A stretch of 64,000 nt of DNA from a bacterium (GTDB lineage Bacteria; Elusimicrobiota; Elusimicrobia; UBA1565; UBA9628): the NCBI GenBank assembly GCA_021822495.1, contig JAKAQO010000003.1:83227-147226 (forward strand), read 5' to 3'. A model generated the notes under the pieces. It was not told the DNA's origin. It did not search any database and saw only the letters and a program-made list of their open reading frames with translations. Below are positions 29,264 through 38,746 of this stretch, piece by piece. Position 1 is the stretch's first letter. Every line of letters begins with the position of its first letter. Both the position numbers and the translations under genes were made by a program.

Positions 29264-29292
29264 TGAAAATATCCGCTAAAAAAACGTAGAAT
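29264..29292 (+). promoter_or_regulatory. Candidate promoter TGAAAA-17nt-TAGAAT upstream of the LacD-like/pfkA operon.
   Basis: Followed by the SD GGGAGG and an ATG at 29314. Confidence 0.35.
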
Positions 29293-29313
29293 AACGGCAG
29301 GGAGGTAAGTCCA

Positions 29314-30399
29314 ATGACCATAATGACGATTCCAGATCAAAATAAAGGCGCTCGCGCGCACTTTCTCCAGCTCACCCCAGGTAAATTAATGGGGCTGAGG
29401 CGCATCACCGATGAAAAAAACCGTTTTAAAGTCCTGGCCTTGGACCAATCCAACTCTTTTAGGAAAGCCTTAAAAGCCCTCCACACCAAAGAGGGCTCCG
29501 CTAAGGATCCGGATTACGCCGAAATCCGGGATATTAAGCTGAAAATGGTCGCAACCTTAAGTCCCTTGGCCACTGCCGTTCTCTTGGACGTCAATTATGC
29601 CGCAAGACAAGCGCTCAACTCGCTCGCCCTCCCCAAACATGTGGGCCTCATCGTGCGCCTTGAGGCTTCCAAGGACCCCGGAATAAAATCGGAATATGAG
29701 CCCGGGTGGTCGGTTGAAAAGATAAAAAAGATGGGCGGCGACGCGGTGAAGCTTTTGGTTTATATTGACACCGAAGATAAGGACAATGTCAAAGCTCAAA
29801 TAAATTTCGTCAAGGAAGTCTCAAAGGCCTGCGCGGAAAACGACATCCTTTTAATGACCGAGGAATTATCTTTCCCCAGAAAAGGAGAAGAAAAGTCTTC
29901 GCCGTCTTTTAAGGCGCGAAAAGTAAACAACATCCTGGAAGCGGCCAAACTCATCGGGCCCTACACCGATATTCTTAAATTAGAATTCCCCGGTTTTATC
30001 CAGGAAGATTCCGTTTCTCAAATGGAAGAAAACCTGCATCATCTCAACGAAGCGGCTATTCGCCCTTGGGTCCTTCTATCCGCTGGCGAGAAATTCGACC
30101 TCTTCGCCAAGCAAGCGGAAATGGCCATGAAGGCGGGCTCTTCCGGCTATATGGCCGGACGCGCCATCTTCAACGAATCTTTTGAAAGCTCAAAAAACCA
30201 AGACGCCTTTCTTAAATCCACCGGCGTTGAAAGGATGAAAAAACTCAACGCGATCATTGAAAAGCAGGCCCAGAACTGGATGGAAAGATATCAGATTACC
30301 GCTCAAGACATGGCCTCATCCGTTGATCCGCAATGGTATTTAGATTCAAAATCTAAAGCCTCGGATTCCCCGCGCCCATCAGGTTCCGGAGACTATTGA
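29314..30399 (+). CDS. Class I aldolase, LacD / tagatose-1,6-bisphosphate aldolase family.
   Basis: Collinear similarity to LacD: ALDQSNSF, LLDVNYA, AVKLLVYID, ILLMTEELSFP, ILKLEFP, WVLLSAG. Confidence 0.65.
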   Translation: MTIMTIPDQNKGARAHFLQLTPGKLMGLRRITDEKNRFKVLALDQSNSFRKALKALHTKEGSAKDPDYAEIRDIKLKMVATLSPLATAVLLDVNYAARQALNSLALPKHVGLIVRLEASKDPGIKSEYEPGWSVEKIKKMGGDAVKLLVYIDTEDKDNVKAQINFVKEVSKACAENDILLMTEELSFPRKGEEKSSPSFKARKVNNILEAAKLIGPYTDILKLEFPGFIQEDSVSQMEENLHHLNEAAIRPWVLLSAGEKFDLFAKQAEMAMKAGSSGYMAGRAIFNESFESSKNQDAFLKSTGVERMKKLNAIIEKQAQNWMERYQITAQDMASSVDPQWYLDSKSKASDSPRPSGSGDY

Positions 30400-30400
30400 A

Positions 30401-31462
30401 ATGTCTAAAAAAATTGGACTTCTGACCGGAGGCGGGGATTGTCCGGGGCTTAACCCCGCAATCCGAGGAGCCGTCATCCAAGCGCTGGAATTGGACTATG
30501 AATGTTGGGGACTTGAAGAAGGTTGGAAAGGCCTTATTGAAGGAAACGCGAGAAAACTAACCCTTGAAGACGTCGAGGGCATCGTGGGCCAGGGAGGAAC
30601 TATTCTTGGCACTTCACGGACAAACCCTTTCAAAAAAGAAAAAGGCGTCGAGAAGGCCCTGGCCACCCTCCAATCTCTCAACCTTTATTCCTTAATCGCG
30701 ATGGGTGGAGAGGATACTCTTGGAGTCGCCCAAAGGCTTTACGCCGAGCATCAAGTCAAAGTCGTCGGCGTTCCCAAAACCATGGACAACGATCTATCGG
30801 CCACCGACTACACTTTTGGCTTTGACACCGCGACCTCCATCGCCGTGGATGCGGCGGAAAGACTGATCGACACCGGGAAAAGCCATCGCCGCGTCATGGT
30901 CCTCGAAGTCATGGGGCGAGAAGCGGGATGGGTCGCCTTATTCACGGGAATCGCTTCTGGCGCCGATTATATTGCTATTCCTGAAAAATCCTTTGACGAA
31001 AAGGAAATGCTCGATCAAGTCAAAACCGCTTACGCGCGCAAAAAACACGCCCTCGTCGTCGTCTCCGAAGCTCTCAAATTTTCAAAATCCGCCTCCAACG
31101 GGATCGGCGTTCCGGAAAAAGATGACTTCGGCCATGCGCTTCTTAAAGAACAGGGCACCGGCGACACCGTGGCTAAAATGATTGAAAAAGGAACGGGGAT
31201 TGAAACCCGCGCTTCGGTGATTGGGCACGTTCAACGAGGCGGAAAGCCTACTCTTTTTGACCGCATGTTGGCGACCCGCGTTGGAGTCAAAGCCGCGCAA
31301 ATGACCCATGCCGGGCAATTTGGCCGCATGGCCGCGATGAGAGGCTCTGAAATTATTGATGTCTCTCTTAAAGAGGCCGCCGGAACGCTTAAAAAAGTTT
31401 CCCAGGATTGGATTATGATCGCTCAAACCTTATCCGCTAAAAGAGAGACTGTTTCTCAGTGA
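30401..31462 (+). CDS. pfkA: 6-phosphofructokinase.
   Basis: GLLTGGGDCPGLN. GGEDTLGVAQ. PKTMDND. GHVQRGG. Confidence 0.9.
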   Translation: MSKKIGLLTGGGDCPGLNPAIRGAVIQALELDYECWGLEEGWKGLIEGNARKLTLEDVEGIVGQGGTILGTSRTNPFKKEKGVEKALATLQSLNLYSLIAMGGEDTLGVAQRLYAEHQVKVVGVPKTMDNDLSATDYTFGFDTATSIAVDAAERLIDTGKSHRRVMVLEVMGREAGWVALFTGIASGADYIAIPEKSFDEKEMLDQVKTAYARKKHALVVVSEALKFSKSASNGIGVPEKDDFGHALLKEQGTGDTVAKMIEKGTGIETRASVIGHVQRGGKPTLFDRMLATRVGVKAAQMTHAGQFGRMAAMRGSEIIDVSLKEAAGTLKKVSQDWIMIAQTLSAKRETVSQ

Positions 31463-32031
31463 CGAAAGAAACCAGTCCGCGATATCAACGGCGAACCATC
31501 GTCGTTAAGCGTTCGCTTCAATTTAAATATGTCGCCCTCATCTTTCTTACTTCTCTAGTCGCGGCTCTTTTGGCCGATTTTGACGTCTATTACACCGTGG
31601 CCAAATTGGCCCTCAGGGAAAATCCCGCGCTGGTGACCTCTATTTCGCATCTCTACATCATTTTCGGAATCAAAATGTTTCTCTATCTGTTTCTTATTAT
31701 CTTGACCGGAGTCTATATTTCTCACCGGTTCGCGGGCCCGGTGCACCGTTTTGAAAAAAGCGCCCAAATAGCGGCCTCTGGAGATTTAACCCACCGGGTG
31801 GCGCTCAGAACCGGAGATGAGCTTCATGAACTCCAGGAAGAATTCAACGCAATGATGTCGAGTCTTCAGAGCCTTATTCAAAAAGACCGCAATCTCGCGC
31901 AAAGATTATCTGAAAAGCTTGAGACCCTTGGGAAAAAAGTCGAGGGGCTAAACCCTCCGATTGAAATCAAAGAGGAACTCGACGCCCTCAGAATTGAATT
32001 AAATCATCTGACTCAATCTTTTAAAATTTAA
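31459..32031 (+). CDS. Small membrane protein with two TM helices, a HAMP domain and a coiled coil. No output domain.
   Basis: Two TM segments. HAMP-like RFAGPVHRFEKSAQIAASGDLTHRV...DELHELQEEFNAMM. GTGA overlap with the pfkA stop. Confidence 0.65.
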   Translation: MTKETSPRYQRRTIVVKRSLQFKYVALIFLTSLVAALLADFDVYYTVAKLALRENPALVTSISHLYIIFGIKMFLYLFLIILTGVYISHRFAGPVHRFEKSAQIAASGDLTHRVALRTGDELHELQEEFNAMMSSLQSLIQKDRNLAQRLSEKLETLGKKVEGLNPPIEIKEELDALRIELNHLTQSFKI

Positions 32032-33456
32032 ATGTGGGCACCTCTCAGTTTTAGGAACTTAGTCAAGACTCTTTTGTTTATTTTGGCTATTCTCTTAATT
32101 TCAAGATTTCTTTCAGCTGAAGATGAGTCGACCGCCACAGCAGTTCAACGACCCTCAGTTTTCTTAACTGAACCGGGCAATTTTTCAGACAAAGGAGAAA
32201 ACGCGGCGAACTCATTAGGCTCCGAAGGCGGGGTTCTTGAGAGGACCTTGACGCTTAAGGACGCGGAAAGACTCGCCCTTCTCAACGATGCGACGGTCTT
32301 GTCCGCTGAACAAGATAAAATCGTCGCAAGAGAGAGGGTCCGGGAAGCGGGCTATTTGTTCTTGCCAGAAGTCGGGGTTCAGGCAAGCGCGACGAAATAT
32401 AACGCTCTCTATCCCTTCGCCCTTCCCGCCGCAGGGAACGCGCTTTTATTCCCAAAAAATTCTCCGTACCTTGGAAACAATTTAAACACCATCATGTTCG
32501 GCGGGGCGTATATGAACATGAATCTTTATGAAGGCGGCAGAGGAGTCAATACTTACAAATTGGCTCAAGCCGCGCAAAAACAAGCCGACAGCCGTTATAA
32601 AGCGGCGCGGATGAACGCCATTCTCGCGGTCAAACGCTCTTTTTATCGCCTCTTATTGACGCAAAGAGAAAAAAAATTGGATCAAGAATATCTCTCTCAA
32701 GTCAAAAGCCTCCTTCAAAACGGAAATTTGGATTTATGGGGAAAACTTGAGGCCCAAACGCAATTAGCGCAAGCGGAAACGCAATACGCCAAAATCTCCC
32801 ACAAACTGAGGCTTGAACGTCTCCAATTTCTTAAGAGTCTCAATCTCGAGCTGGACACCCCTTTTAAGATCGTCGGAAAAATTGAAACGCGCCCCGTCAC
32901 CATCGATATTGAAAAAGCCGTTTTGTGGTCCTTGGAACTGCGTCCCGAGCTTCAATCCGAAACTTATAAGGCTCAAATGGACGCCATTTCCGTCAACCTG
33001 GCCCAATCGCGACGAACCCCGACGGTTTTCATCTCGGGAGACTACGATCTAATGACGCAAGATTTTCCCGTCAATAAAAACAATTGGGACGCGACCTTGG
33101 GGCTCAAACTCCCCTTTGCCTATGACTATTGGAGTGAACTGACAAAAAAGCGCGCGCAACAAAGGCAAGGAGACATCAGCCGCGCAGAACTTCAAGATCA
33201 GGTGCGCCTTGAGGTTCGAGAAGCCTTTTCAGACCTTATGTTCTGGCAAAAGCAATATCCTATTCTCAACAGCGAATACGAAAAAATGGAGGGCCTGTAT
33301 CACCAAGCTTCAAAAAACGCTGGAAAAACTCTTCTTAAAATCCGAGCTCTTTCCTCTTTGTTAGGAATTCAAACCGCCTATTTAAAAGCCGTCACGCAGC
33401 ATCTCTTGGCCAAAGCCAGACTCGAGCGGGCGGTTGGCCGAGAGATTACGCGGTGA
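32032..33456 (+). CDS. TolC-like outer-membrane efflux protein (OEP family).
   Basis: Signal peptide. Two OEP repeats (LTLKDAERLALLNDATVLSAEQD... and KAVLWSLELRPELQSETYKAQ...). Confidence 0.7.
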   Translation: MWAPLSFRNLVKTLLFILAILLISRFLSAEDESTATAVQRPSVFLTEPGNFSDKGENAANSLGSEGGVLERTLTLKDAERLALLNDATVLSAEQDKIVARERVREAGYLFLPEVGVQASATKYNALYPFALPAAGNALLFPKNSPYLGNNLNTIMFGGAYMNMNLYEGGRGVNTYKLAQAAQKQADSRYKAARMNAILAVKRSFYRLLLTQREKKLDQEYLSQVKSLLQNGNLDLWGKLEAQTQLAQAETQYAKISHKLRLERLQFLKSLNLELDTPFKIVGKIETRPVTIDIEKAVLWSLELRPELQSETYKAQMDAISVNLAQSRRTPTVFISGDYDLMTQDFPVNKNNWDATLGLKLPFAYDYWSELTKKRAQQRQGDISRAELQDQVRLEVREAFSDLMFWQKQYPILNSEYEKMEGLYHQASKNAGKTLLKIRALSSLLGIQTAYLKAVTQHLLAKARLERAVGREITR

Positions 33457-34439
33457 AACAATTCCCCCGCCCTCTTTCGAAAATCCTTTGGCTTTTAATC
33501 ATCCTGTTTTGGCCGCCCCGCATTCATGCGGAAATGGATTTATCAGCCAACGCTGTTTTGCGCGATCATTTATGGAAAGATATCTCGGCCAAGCCCAAGG
33601 GCCAACGCCCCACGATTGGGCTGGTTCTTTCCGCCGGCGGAACCAGGGCTTCAGCCCATATCGGAGTCATCTCAATCTTAAAGGAATCAGGATTTCCCAT
33701 TGACGTCGTCGCTGGGACATCCATGGGGGCCATCATCGGCTCTCTCTATGCTGACGGCAAATCTCCAGATGAACTCAGAAAATTGTCTCTTAAAATGGGC
33801 GCCGCGACCGGATCCAACATTAATCCTTGGACGTTGATAGAATACCTTTTCGCACAAAAATTATTTTCATCTAAAAAATTGGAACGATTTATCAAGAAAG
33901 AGCTCAAGGATAAACGCTTCGAACAGCTCCAAAAACCTTTCGCCTGCGTCGCCATGGACATCAATTCAGGAGAAGCCATTATTTTCCGCGAAGGCCGCGT
34001 TGCGCCGGCGGTCAGGGCCTCGATGAATCTTCCCGGCATTTTTAAACCCGTCGAATATCGGCACCGCTATCTTGTCGACGGGGCCATCGTCGATTATGTG
34101 CCGGTGGACGCCGCTAAACTTTTGGGAGCCCAGTGGATACTCGCCAGCGTCACGGAAGATGACTTTACGCGCGCAAGACCCGACAGCGTGCTTTCCAGCA
34201 TGCAACAAGTGATTGATATTCGGGGCGCGGTCATTCTCGACACTCAAAAAAAAGCCGCGAACTTCTTAATTGAGCCCGCCGTGGGAAACGTTCCCTCCGC
34301 GGGCGGGACCACTCTCTACATGACTCCCACTCCCTGGATTATCGACCAAGGGAAGCTCGCGGCCAATCGGTTTTTGCATAAAGCGGAGCAATCCTACATT
34401 CTTTTTTCCATGCCTGCCATCGCCAAGGGATACTTATGA
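33453..34439 (+). CDS. Secreted patatin-like phospholipase.
   Basis: Signal peptide. Oxyanion motif SAGGTRA. Nucleophile GTSMG. Catalytic DGAIVDY. Overlaps the TolC-like gene by 4 nt. Confidence 0.85.
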   Translation: MKQFPRPLSKILWLLIILFWPPRIHAEMDLSANAVLRDHLWKDISAKPKGQRPTIGLVLSAGGTRASAHIGVISILKESGFPIDVVAGTSMGAIIGSLYADGKSPDELRKLSLKMGAATGSNINPWTLIEYLFAQKLFSSKKLERFIKKELKDKRFEQLQKPFACVAMDINSGEAIIFREGRVAPAVRASMNLPGIFKPVEYRHRYLVDGAIVDYVPVDAAKLLGAQWILASVTEDDFTRARPDSVLSSMQQVIDIRGAVILDTQKKAANFLIEPAVGNVPSAGGTTLYMTPTPWIIDQGKLAANRFLHKAEQSYILFSMPAIAKGYL

Positions 34440-35386
34440 GAAAAATATTTTTAGCCCTCATTCTTCTAGGACCTTCGCTTCCCGCTCAAGCCTCTTGGAA
34501 TATTTTCGCACCCCGCAAAGATCCCCTGGCCAAGGAAAAAGAATTATTCCAGGAAGGCCGCTACAAGGAAGTCATCAAGGATTTGGGTCGCGACCAATTT
34601 CAGTATTACCGCGGAAAAAACCTTGCAAGGGCCTATTTCTATATCGGTCAAAGCTACGAATATACCGACCACCTTGGGCGAGCCCTTGGGTTTTACGAAT
34701 TAGGAGTCAAACTTTTCCCCAACGACTTGCGTCTAGCCGCAGCCTTGGCTCTTCTCCTTCACCGGGCCGGGCTTGAGACTAACGCCGAACCGTTATTTAA
34801 AAAAATACTTCGCGCTCATCCCAACAACGCCGAGGCGCATTTGGGCCTCGCGGAAATCGACGCCAATCTTGGATTTCTAAAGCGAAGCGTTCATCATTAT
34901 CAAGCAACCCTCAAATCCGTCCCTGAAAACGCGGATATCTGGCGCCATTATGCGGAAGTTCTGATGCGATTAAGGCAATTCTTGGACGCAGAATTTGCCG
35001 CTAAAAAATCTCTTGCCCTAAACCCTGACCCAAAAACAGAAATGGATATCGCTTTCATTGAGCGCGATAAAGGAAATTTAGACCAAGCCCTTTCGCTCCT
35101 TGATTCACCCAATCTCAACAGCAAATACGGGGTCAAGGCGGAGCGCCTGAAAGGACTTTGGTTGTTGGAAGACAATCAGGTCGCAAAAGCGATTTTAACG
35201 GCTAAAAACGTCCAAAGAGTTTCTCCTGATGACCCTATCGCTCATTGGATACTGGCGCAAGCCGCCTTAAACCGTGGACAAATATCAAAAGCGAAAAAAG
35301 AACTTGGGCTTATCCAAAATTCTCAAAAACATTCTTTTGTTTATAAAGCCGCTCAAGCCTTCCTCCAATCTATTCCCCAGTATTAA
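34436..35386 (+). CDS. Secreted TPR-repeat protein.
   Basis: Signal peptide (PAQASW). Several 34-aa TPR-like repeats (AEAHLGLAEIDANLG...). Overlaps the patatin gene by 4 nt. Confidence 0.7.
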   Translation: MRKIFLALILLGPSLPAQASWNIFAPRKDPLAKEKELFQEGRYKEVIKDLGRDQFQYYRGKNLARAYFYIGQSYEYTDHLGRALGFYELGVKLFPNDLRLAAALALLLHRAGLETNAEPLFKKILRAHPNNAEAHLGLAEIDANLGFLKRSVHHYQATLKSVPENADIWRHYAEVLMRLRQFLDAEFAAKKSLALNPDPKTEMDIAFIERDKGNLDQALSLLDSPNLNSKYGVKAERLKGLWLLEDNQVAKAILTAKNVQRVSPDDPIAHWILAQAALNRGQISKAKKELGLIQNSQKHSFVYKAAQAFLQSIPQY

Positions 35387-35427
35387 CGCTCTTAGGCCCT
35401 CCCAGAGAAAGAAGCATAGGTCGGTTT

Positions 35428-35436
35428 TGCTACAAT
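35428..35436 (+). promoter_or_regulatory. Extended -10 (TGcTACAAT) upstream of ahcY.
   Basis: Followed by the SD AAGGAG and an ATG at 35465. Confidence 0.35.
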
Positions 35437-35464
35437 AGGGTGATTAGAAACAAAGGAGAAATTT

Positions 35465-36778
35465 ATGCCAACCGCCGCCATGGACTACAAAGTTAAAGAT
35501 ATCACGCTTGCCGACTGGGGAAGAAAAGAAATCGCTTTAGCCGAGGCGGAAATGCCCGGACTTATGGCTTTACGGGCGGAATTTCGCGGAAAAAAGCCGC
35601 TCCAAGGCGCCCGAATCGCGGGATGCCTTCACATGACGATTGAAACCGCGGTCTTGATTGAAACCTTGATTCAACTGGGGGCGGAAGTCCGCTGGAGTTC
35701 CTGCAACATTTTCTCAACCCAAGACCACGCCGCCGCTGCCATCGCCCAAGCCGGGATTCCCGTCTTTGCTTGGAAAGGAGAGACCCTTGAGGAATACGAT
35801 TGGTGCATCGAGCAAACTCTGCAATTTGAAGGAAATCTCGGCCCCAATATTTTGCTTGATGACGGCGGGGATCTCACGAACATGATTCACGACAAGTATC
35901 CGGCTCTTTTAAAAGATATCGTTGGCTTGTCCGAGGAAACGACAACTGGAGTCCATCGCCTTTACCAACGGGAAGCCCAAGGAAAACTCAAGGTTCCGGC
36001 TATCAACGTTAATGATTCCTGCACTAAATCCAAATTCGACAATCTCTACGGCTGCCGCGAATCACTACTTGACGGAATTAAACGCGCAACTGACGTCATG
36101 ATCGCCGGAAAAATCGCGGTCGTCTGCGGATACGGGGATGTCGGCAAGGGTTGCGCGCAATCTTTTAAAGGAATGGGCGCCCGGGTTTTTGTCACTGAAA
36201 TCGATCCTATTACCGCTCTTCAAGCCTCGATGGAAGGCGTTTCCGTCATTACGATGGATGAAGCCGCCTCCATCGGAGATATTTTCGTCACCGCCACGGG
36301 TTGCTGTGATGTCATTACTCGCAAACACATGGACATGATGAAATCTCACGCCATTGTCTGCAACATCGGCCACTTTGACCTTGAAATTGACGTCGCTTCC
36401 CTCATGAATGACAAAAAAATCCGCAGAACGACTATTAAACCCCAGGTCGATCAATTCACCTGGCCGGACGGCAAGGTTCTGATTGTTTTGGCGGAAGGAC
36501 GTCTGGTCAACCTTGGTTGCGCCTCCGGACACCCGTCCTTTGTCATGAGCATTTCTTTTTCCAACCAAGTTCTCGCCCAATTGGAACTTTGGACCAACCG
36601 CGAAACCAAAAAATATGAAAACAAGGTTTACACCTTGCCCAAACTTTTGGATGAGCGAGTCGCTCGAATTCATTTAGACAAACTTGGCGCTCACTTGACG
36701 CAGCTCAACCAAAAGCAAGCGGAATATTTGGGGATTAATCCCAAAGGACCCTATAAAGCGGAAAATTACCGCTACTAA
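35465..36778 (+). CDS. ahcY: Adenosylhomocysteinase.
   Basis: [29 protein letters not shown]-terminus. NAD-binding GYGDVGKG. Confidence 0.95.
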   Translation: MPTAAMDYKVKDITLADWGRKEIALAEAEMPGLMALRAEFRGKKPLQGARIAGCLHMTIETAVLIETLIQLGAEVRWSSCNIFSTQDHAAAAIAQAGIPVFAWKGETLEEYDWCIEQTLQFEGNLGPNILLDDGGDLTNMIHDKYPALLKDIVGLSEETTTGVHRLYQREAQGKLKVPAINVNDSCTKSKFDNLYGCRESLLDGIKRATDVMIAGKIAVVCGYGDVGKGCAQSFKGMGARVFVTEIDPITALQASMEGVSVITMDEAASIGDIFVTATGCCDVITRKHMDMMKSHAIVCNIGHFDLEIDVASLMNDKKIRRTTIKPQVDQFTWPDGKVLIVLAEGRLVNLGCASGHPSFVMSISFSNQVLAQLELWTNRETKKYENKVYTLPKLLDERVARIHLDKLGAHLTQLNQKQAEYLGINPKGPYKAENYRY

Positions 36779-36781
36779 AAC

Positions 36782-37978
36782 GTGGATATACCCGCAGACA
36801 AGCCAAAAAGAAAAATTAACTATCTCAATCTCTTTTGGCTGACTTCGACTCCCATTGCGGCTGCCATCGGCGTAACTTGGTATTGGGTTCACAATGGTTT
36901 CCCGTGGGCCAATTTACTGGTCTTTACCCTCATGTATTTGGCGACCGGGCTTTCGATTACCGCCGGATATCACCGTTACTATTCTCACCGAAGTTACGAG
37001 TGCGGAAAAGTTCTCCAACTTTTTTATCTCATCTTTGGCGCTGCCGCCGCGCAAAATTCCGTCCTCAACTGGGCTTGCGACCACCGCGATCATCACCGAT
37101 ATGTGGACGGCGAAAAAGACCCGTATAATATCGGAAAAGGATTTTTTTACGCCCACATGGGCTGGATTCTCTATTCCGACCCTTACGCGAATGAAAGAAA
37201 GAAGAACGCGCCGGACCTATTAAAAGACCCCTTCGTTCTCTGGCAAGACCGCTGGTACCCTTTTTTAGTCGTCGCCGTTTCTTTTGGACTGCCGACTTTT
37301 TTGGGGCTGCTTTTGGGGCATCCCCTCGGCGGTTTTTTATGGGGCGGGCTTTTTAGGATGGTCGTCGTCCATCACATGACTTTCCTCATTAATTCCGCGG
37401 CCCATGTTTGGGGCGGCAAACCCTATTCCATGAATAATTCCGCCCGGGACAACTGGATATTAGCCCCATTAACCTTCGGAGAAGGCTATCACAATTTTCA
37501 CCACAAATTTCCGGCGGATTGGAGAAATGGAATCCGTTGGCATCAGTTTGACCTCACCAAGTGGTGGTTGTGGATTACTCAAGCGCTGGGGCTAACCTCA
37601 AAACTTAAGAGCGTCCCGGAGCCCTTGATTCTCAAAGCCCGCCTGGACGTCGAGATGGAAAAAGCGAAACAAAAGCTCGCCTCAAACTCAACCATTCGAG
37701 AAAAAGCCCAGGAAGCCCTCGATCGCGGCCGCCAACGTTTTTTATCGGCGATGGAACGTTATCAAAAAGCCAAGACCGATTATTCCAGGGCTAAACGCTA
37801 TTGGTCGGCGGCCATGCGCCGAGAAATTCGCAATGATATTCGCCAATATTCAAAGGAACTCGCCGCCGCGCGACAAGCCTGGGGGCAAGCCATGCGGCTC
37901 GTCAACGGATTTTCCTATTCCGGCGCAAAAAATATGGTGTTTCTAACCGCCTTGGCCGATATTTTTAGATCTCGTTGA
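36782..37978 (+). CDS. Membrane fatty-acid (acyl-CoA/acyl-lipid Delta9-type) desaturase with a C-terminal charged extension of roughly 100 aa.
   Basis: Three histidine boxes: HRYYSH, HRDHHRY, HNFHHKF. 4 TM segments. Confidence 0.85.
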   Translation: MDIPADKPKRKINYLNLFWLTSTPIAAAIGVTWYWVHNGFPWANLLVFTLMYLATGLSITAGYHRYYSHRSYECGKVLQLFYLIFGAAAAQNSVLNWACDHRDHHRYVDGEKDPYNIGKGFFYAHMGWILYSDPYANERKKNAPDLLKDPFVLWQDRWYPFLVVAVSFGLPTFLGLLLGHPLGGFLWGGLFRMVVVHHMTFLINSAAHVWGGKPYSMNNSARDNWILAPLTFGEGYHNFHHKFPADWRNGIRWHQFDLTKWWLWITQALGLTSKLKSVPEPLILKARLDVEMEKAKQKLASNSTIREKAQEALDRGRQRFLSAMERYQKAKTDYSRAKRYWSAAMRREIRNDIRQYSKELAAARQAWGQAMRLVNGFSYSGAKNMVFLTALADIFRSR

Positions 37979-37996
37979 AAAATTCAAGGCAAATTT

Positions 37997-38005
37997 TGCT
38001 ACCAT
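37997..38005 (+). promoter_or_regulatory. Extended -10 (TGcTACCAT) 6 nt upstream of the ATG at 38012, making it a candidate leaderless transcript.
   Basis: The same tttTGCTAc motif as the ahcY promoter. No Shine-Dalgarno sequence. Confidence 0.35.
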
Positions 38006-38011
38006 TTCGCC

Positions 38012-38746
38012 ATGAGAATAAAACTAAGGCTTTCCGTCTTGTCGCTGGTCCTCTTAATACCGTTATCGTCTTGGGCGGGACCCTTTAACCAATTTTCTTC
38101 CCTAATCCAATCCCAAGCCTTAAAACCCTTCGCTCTCGATATTGGAGGCGTCTTGGGCGGCGCCGAGTTTGATCCCACTCCCCCGACCGGATTTCCCGGC
38201 GCTTCCGTCCAAATGGTCGGCGTCATGCAAACGACCCCTAATTCCAACGATATCGTGCTTAAAGATAACGGCGTCAAGGAATTTGGTCTTCCCATGCTTC
38301 AGGCGACTGTCGGGCTTCCCTTTCACTTGGACGTCGTCGCGCATGGCTTTAGTTACGATGGAGCGACGGTATTAGGCGGCGGACTCCGCTACGGACTTTT
38401 TACGCCTTCGCGCCTTCTTCTTTTTCTGCCAACCGTTGAACTCTCGGCCATGGGAGACGTCATTAATGACAGCGCATTTTCAATGACCCATTTATCCGCG
38501 GATGCCAGCGCCATTTGGAGGCTCCCCATCATTCAACCTTTTCTCGGAGTAGGCTTTGATGACACAAAAGCCACCATTGATTCAGCCCAACTTGTCGGGC
38601 TCAACGGCCTTTCCGCCACGGCCACGGGCTCCCGCTTAGCCGCCGGAATCGATTTTACCGCGATTCCTTTTGTGACTCTCCGCGCGGCCTACATGGTTTT
38701 CCACGGAATATCAGGCGGAGAACTCACCGCCGGCGTCGGATTTTAA
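38012..38746 (+). CDS. Hypothetical exported protein, probably a small outer-membrane beta-barrel.
   Basis: Signal peptide (SSWAGP). Gly/aromatic-rich strand-like segments. C-terminal ...AGVGF. Confidence 0.5.
   Translation: MRIKLRLSVLSLVLLIPLSSWAGPFNQFSSLIQSQALKPFALDIGGVLGGAEFDPTPPTGFPGASVQMVGVMQTTPNSNDIVLKDNGVKEFGLPMLQATVGLPFHLDVVAHGFSYDGATVLGGGLRYGLFTPSRLLLFLPTVELSAMGDVINDSAFSMTHLSADASAIWRLPIIQPFLGVGFDDTKATIDSAQLVGLNGLSATATGSRLAAGIDFTAIPFVTLRAAYMVFHGISGGELTAGVGF

Noticed and set aside
36065-36673. A 202-aa minus-strand ORF.
   Set aside because: It is antisense within ahcY and has low-complexity Gly/Asp/Val composition. It is a shadow ORF.
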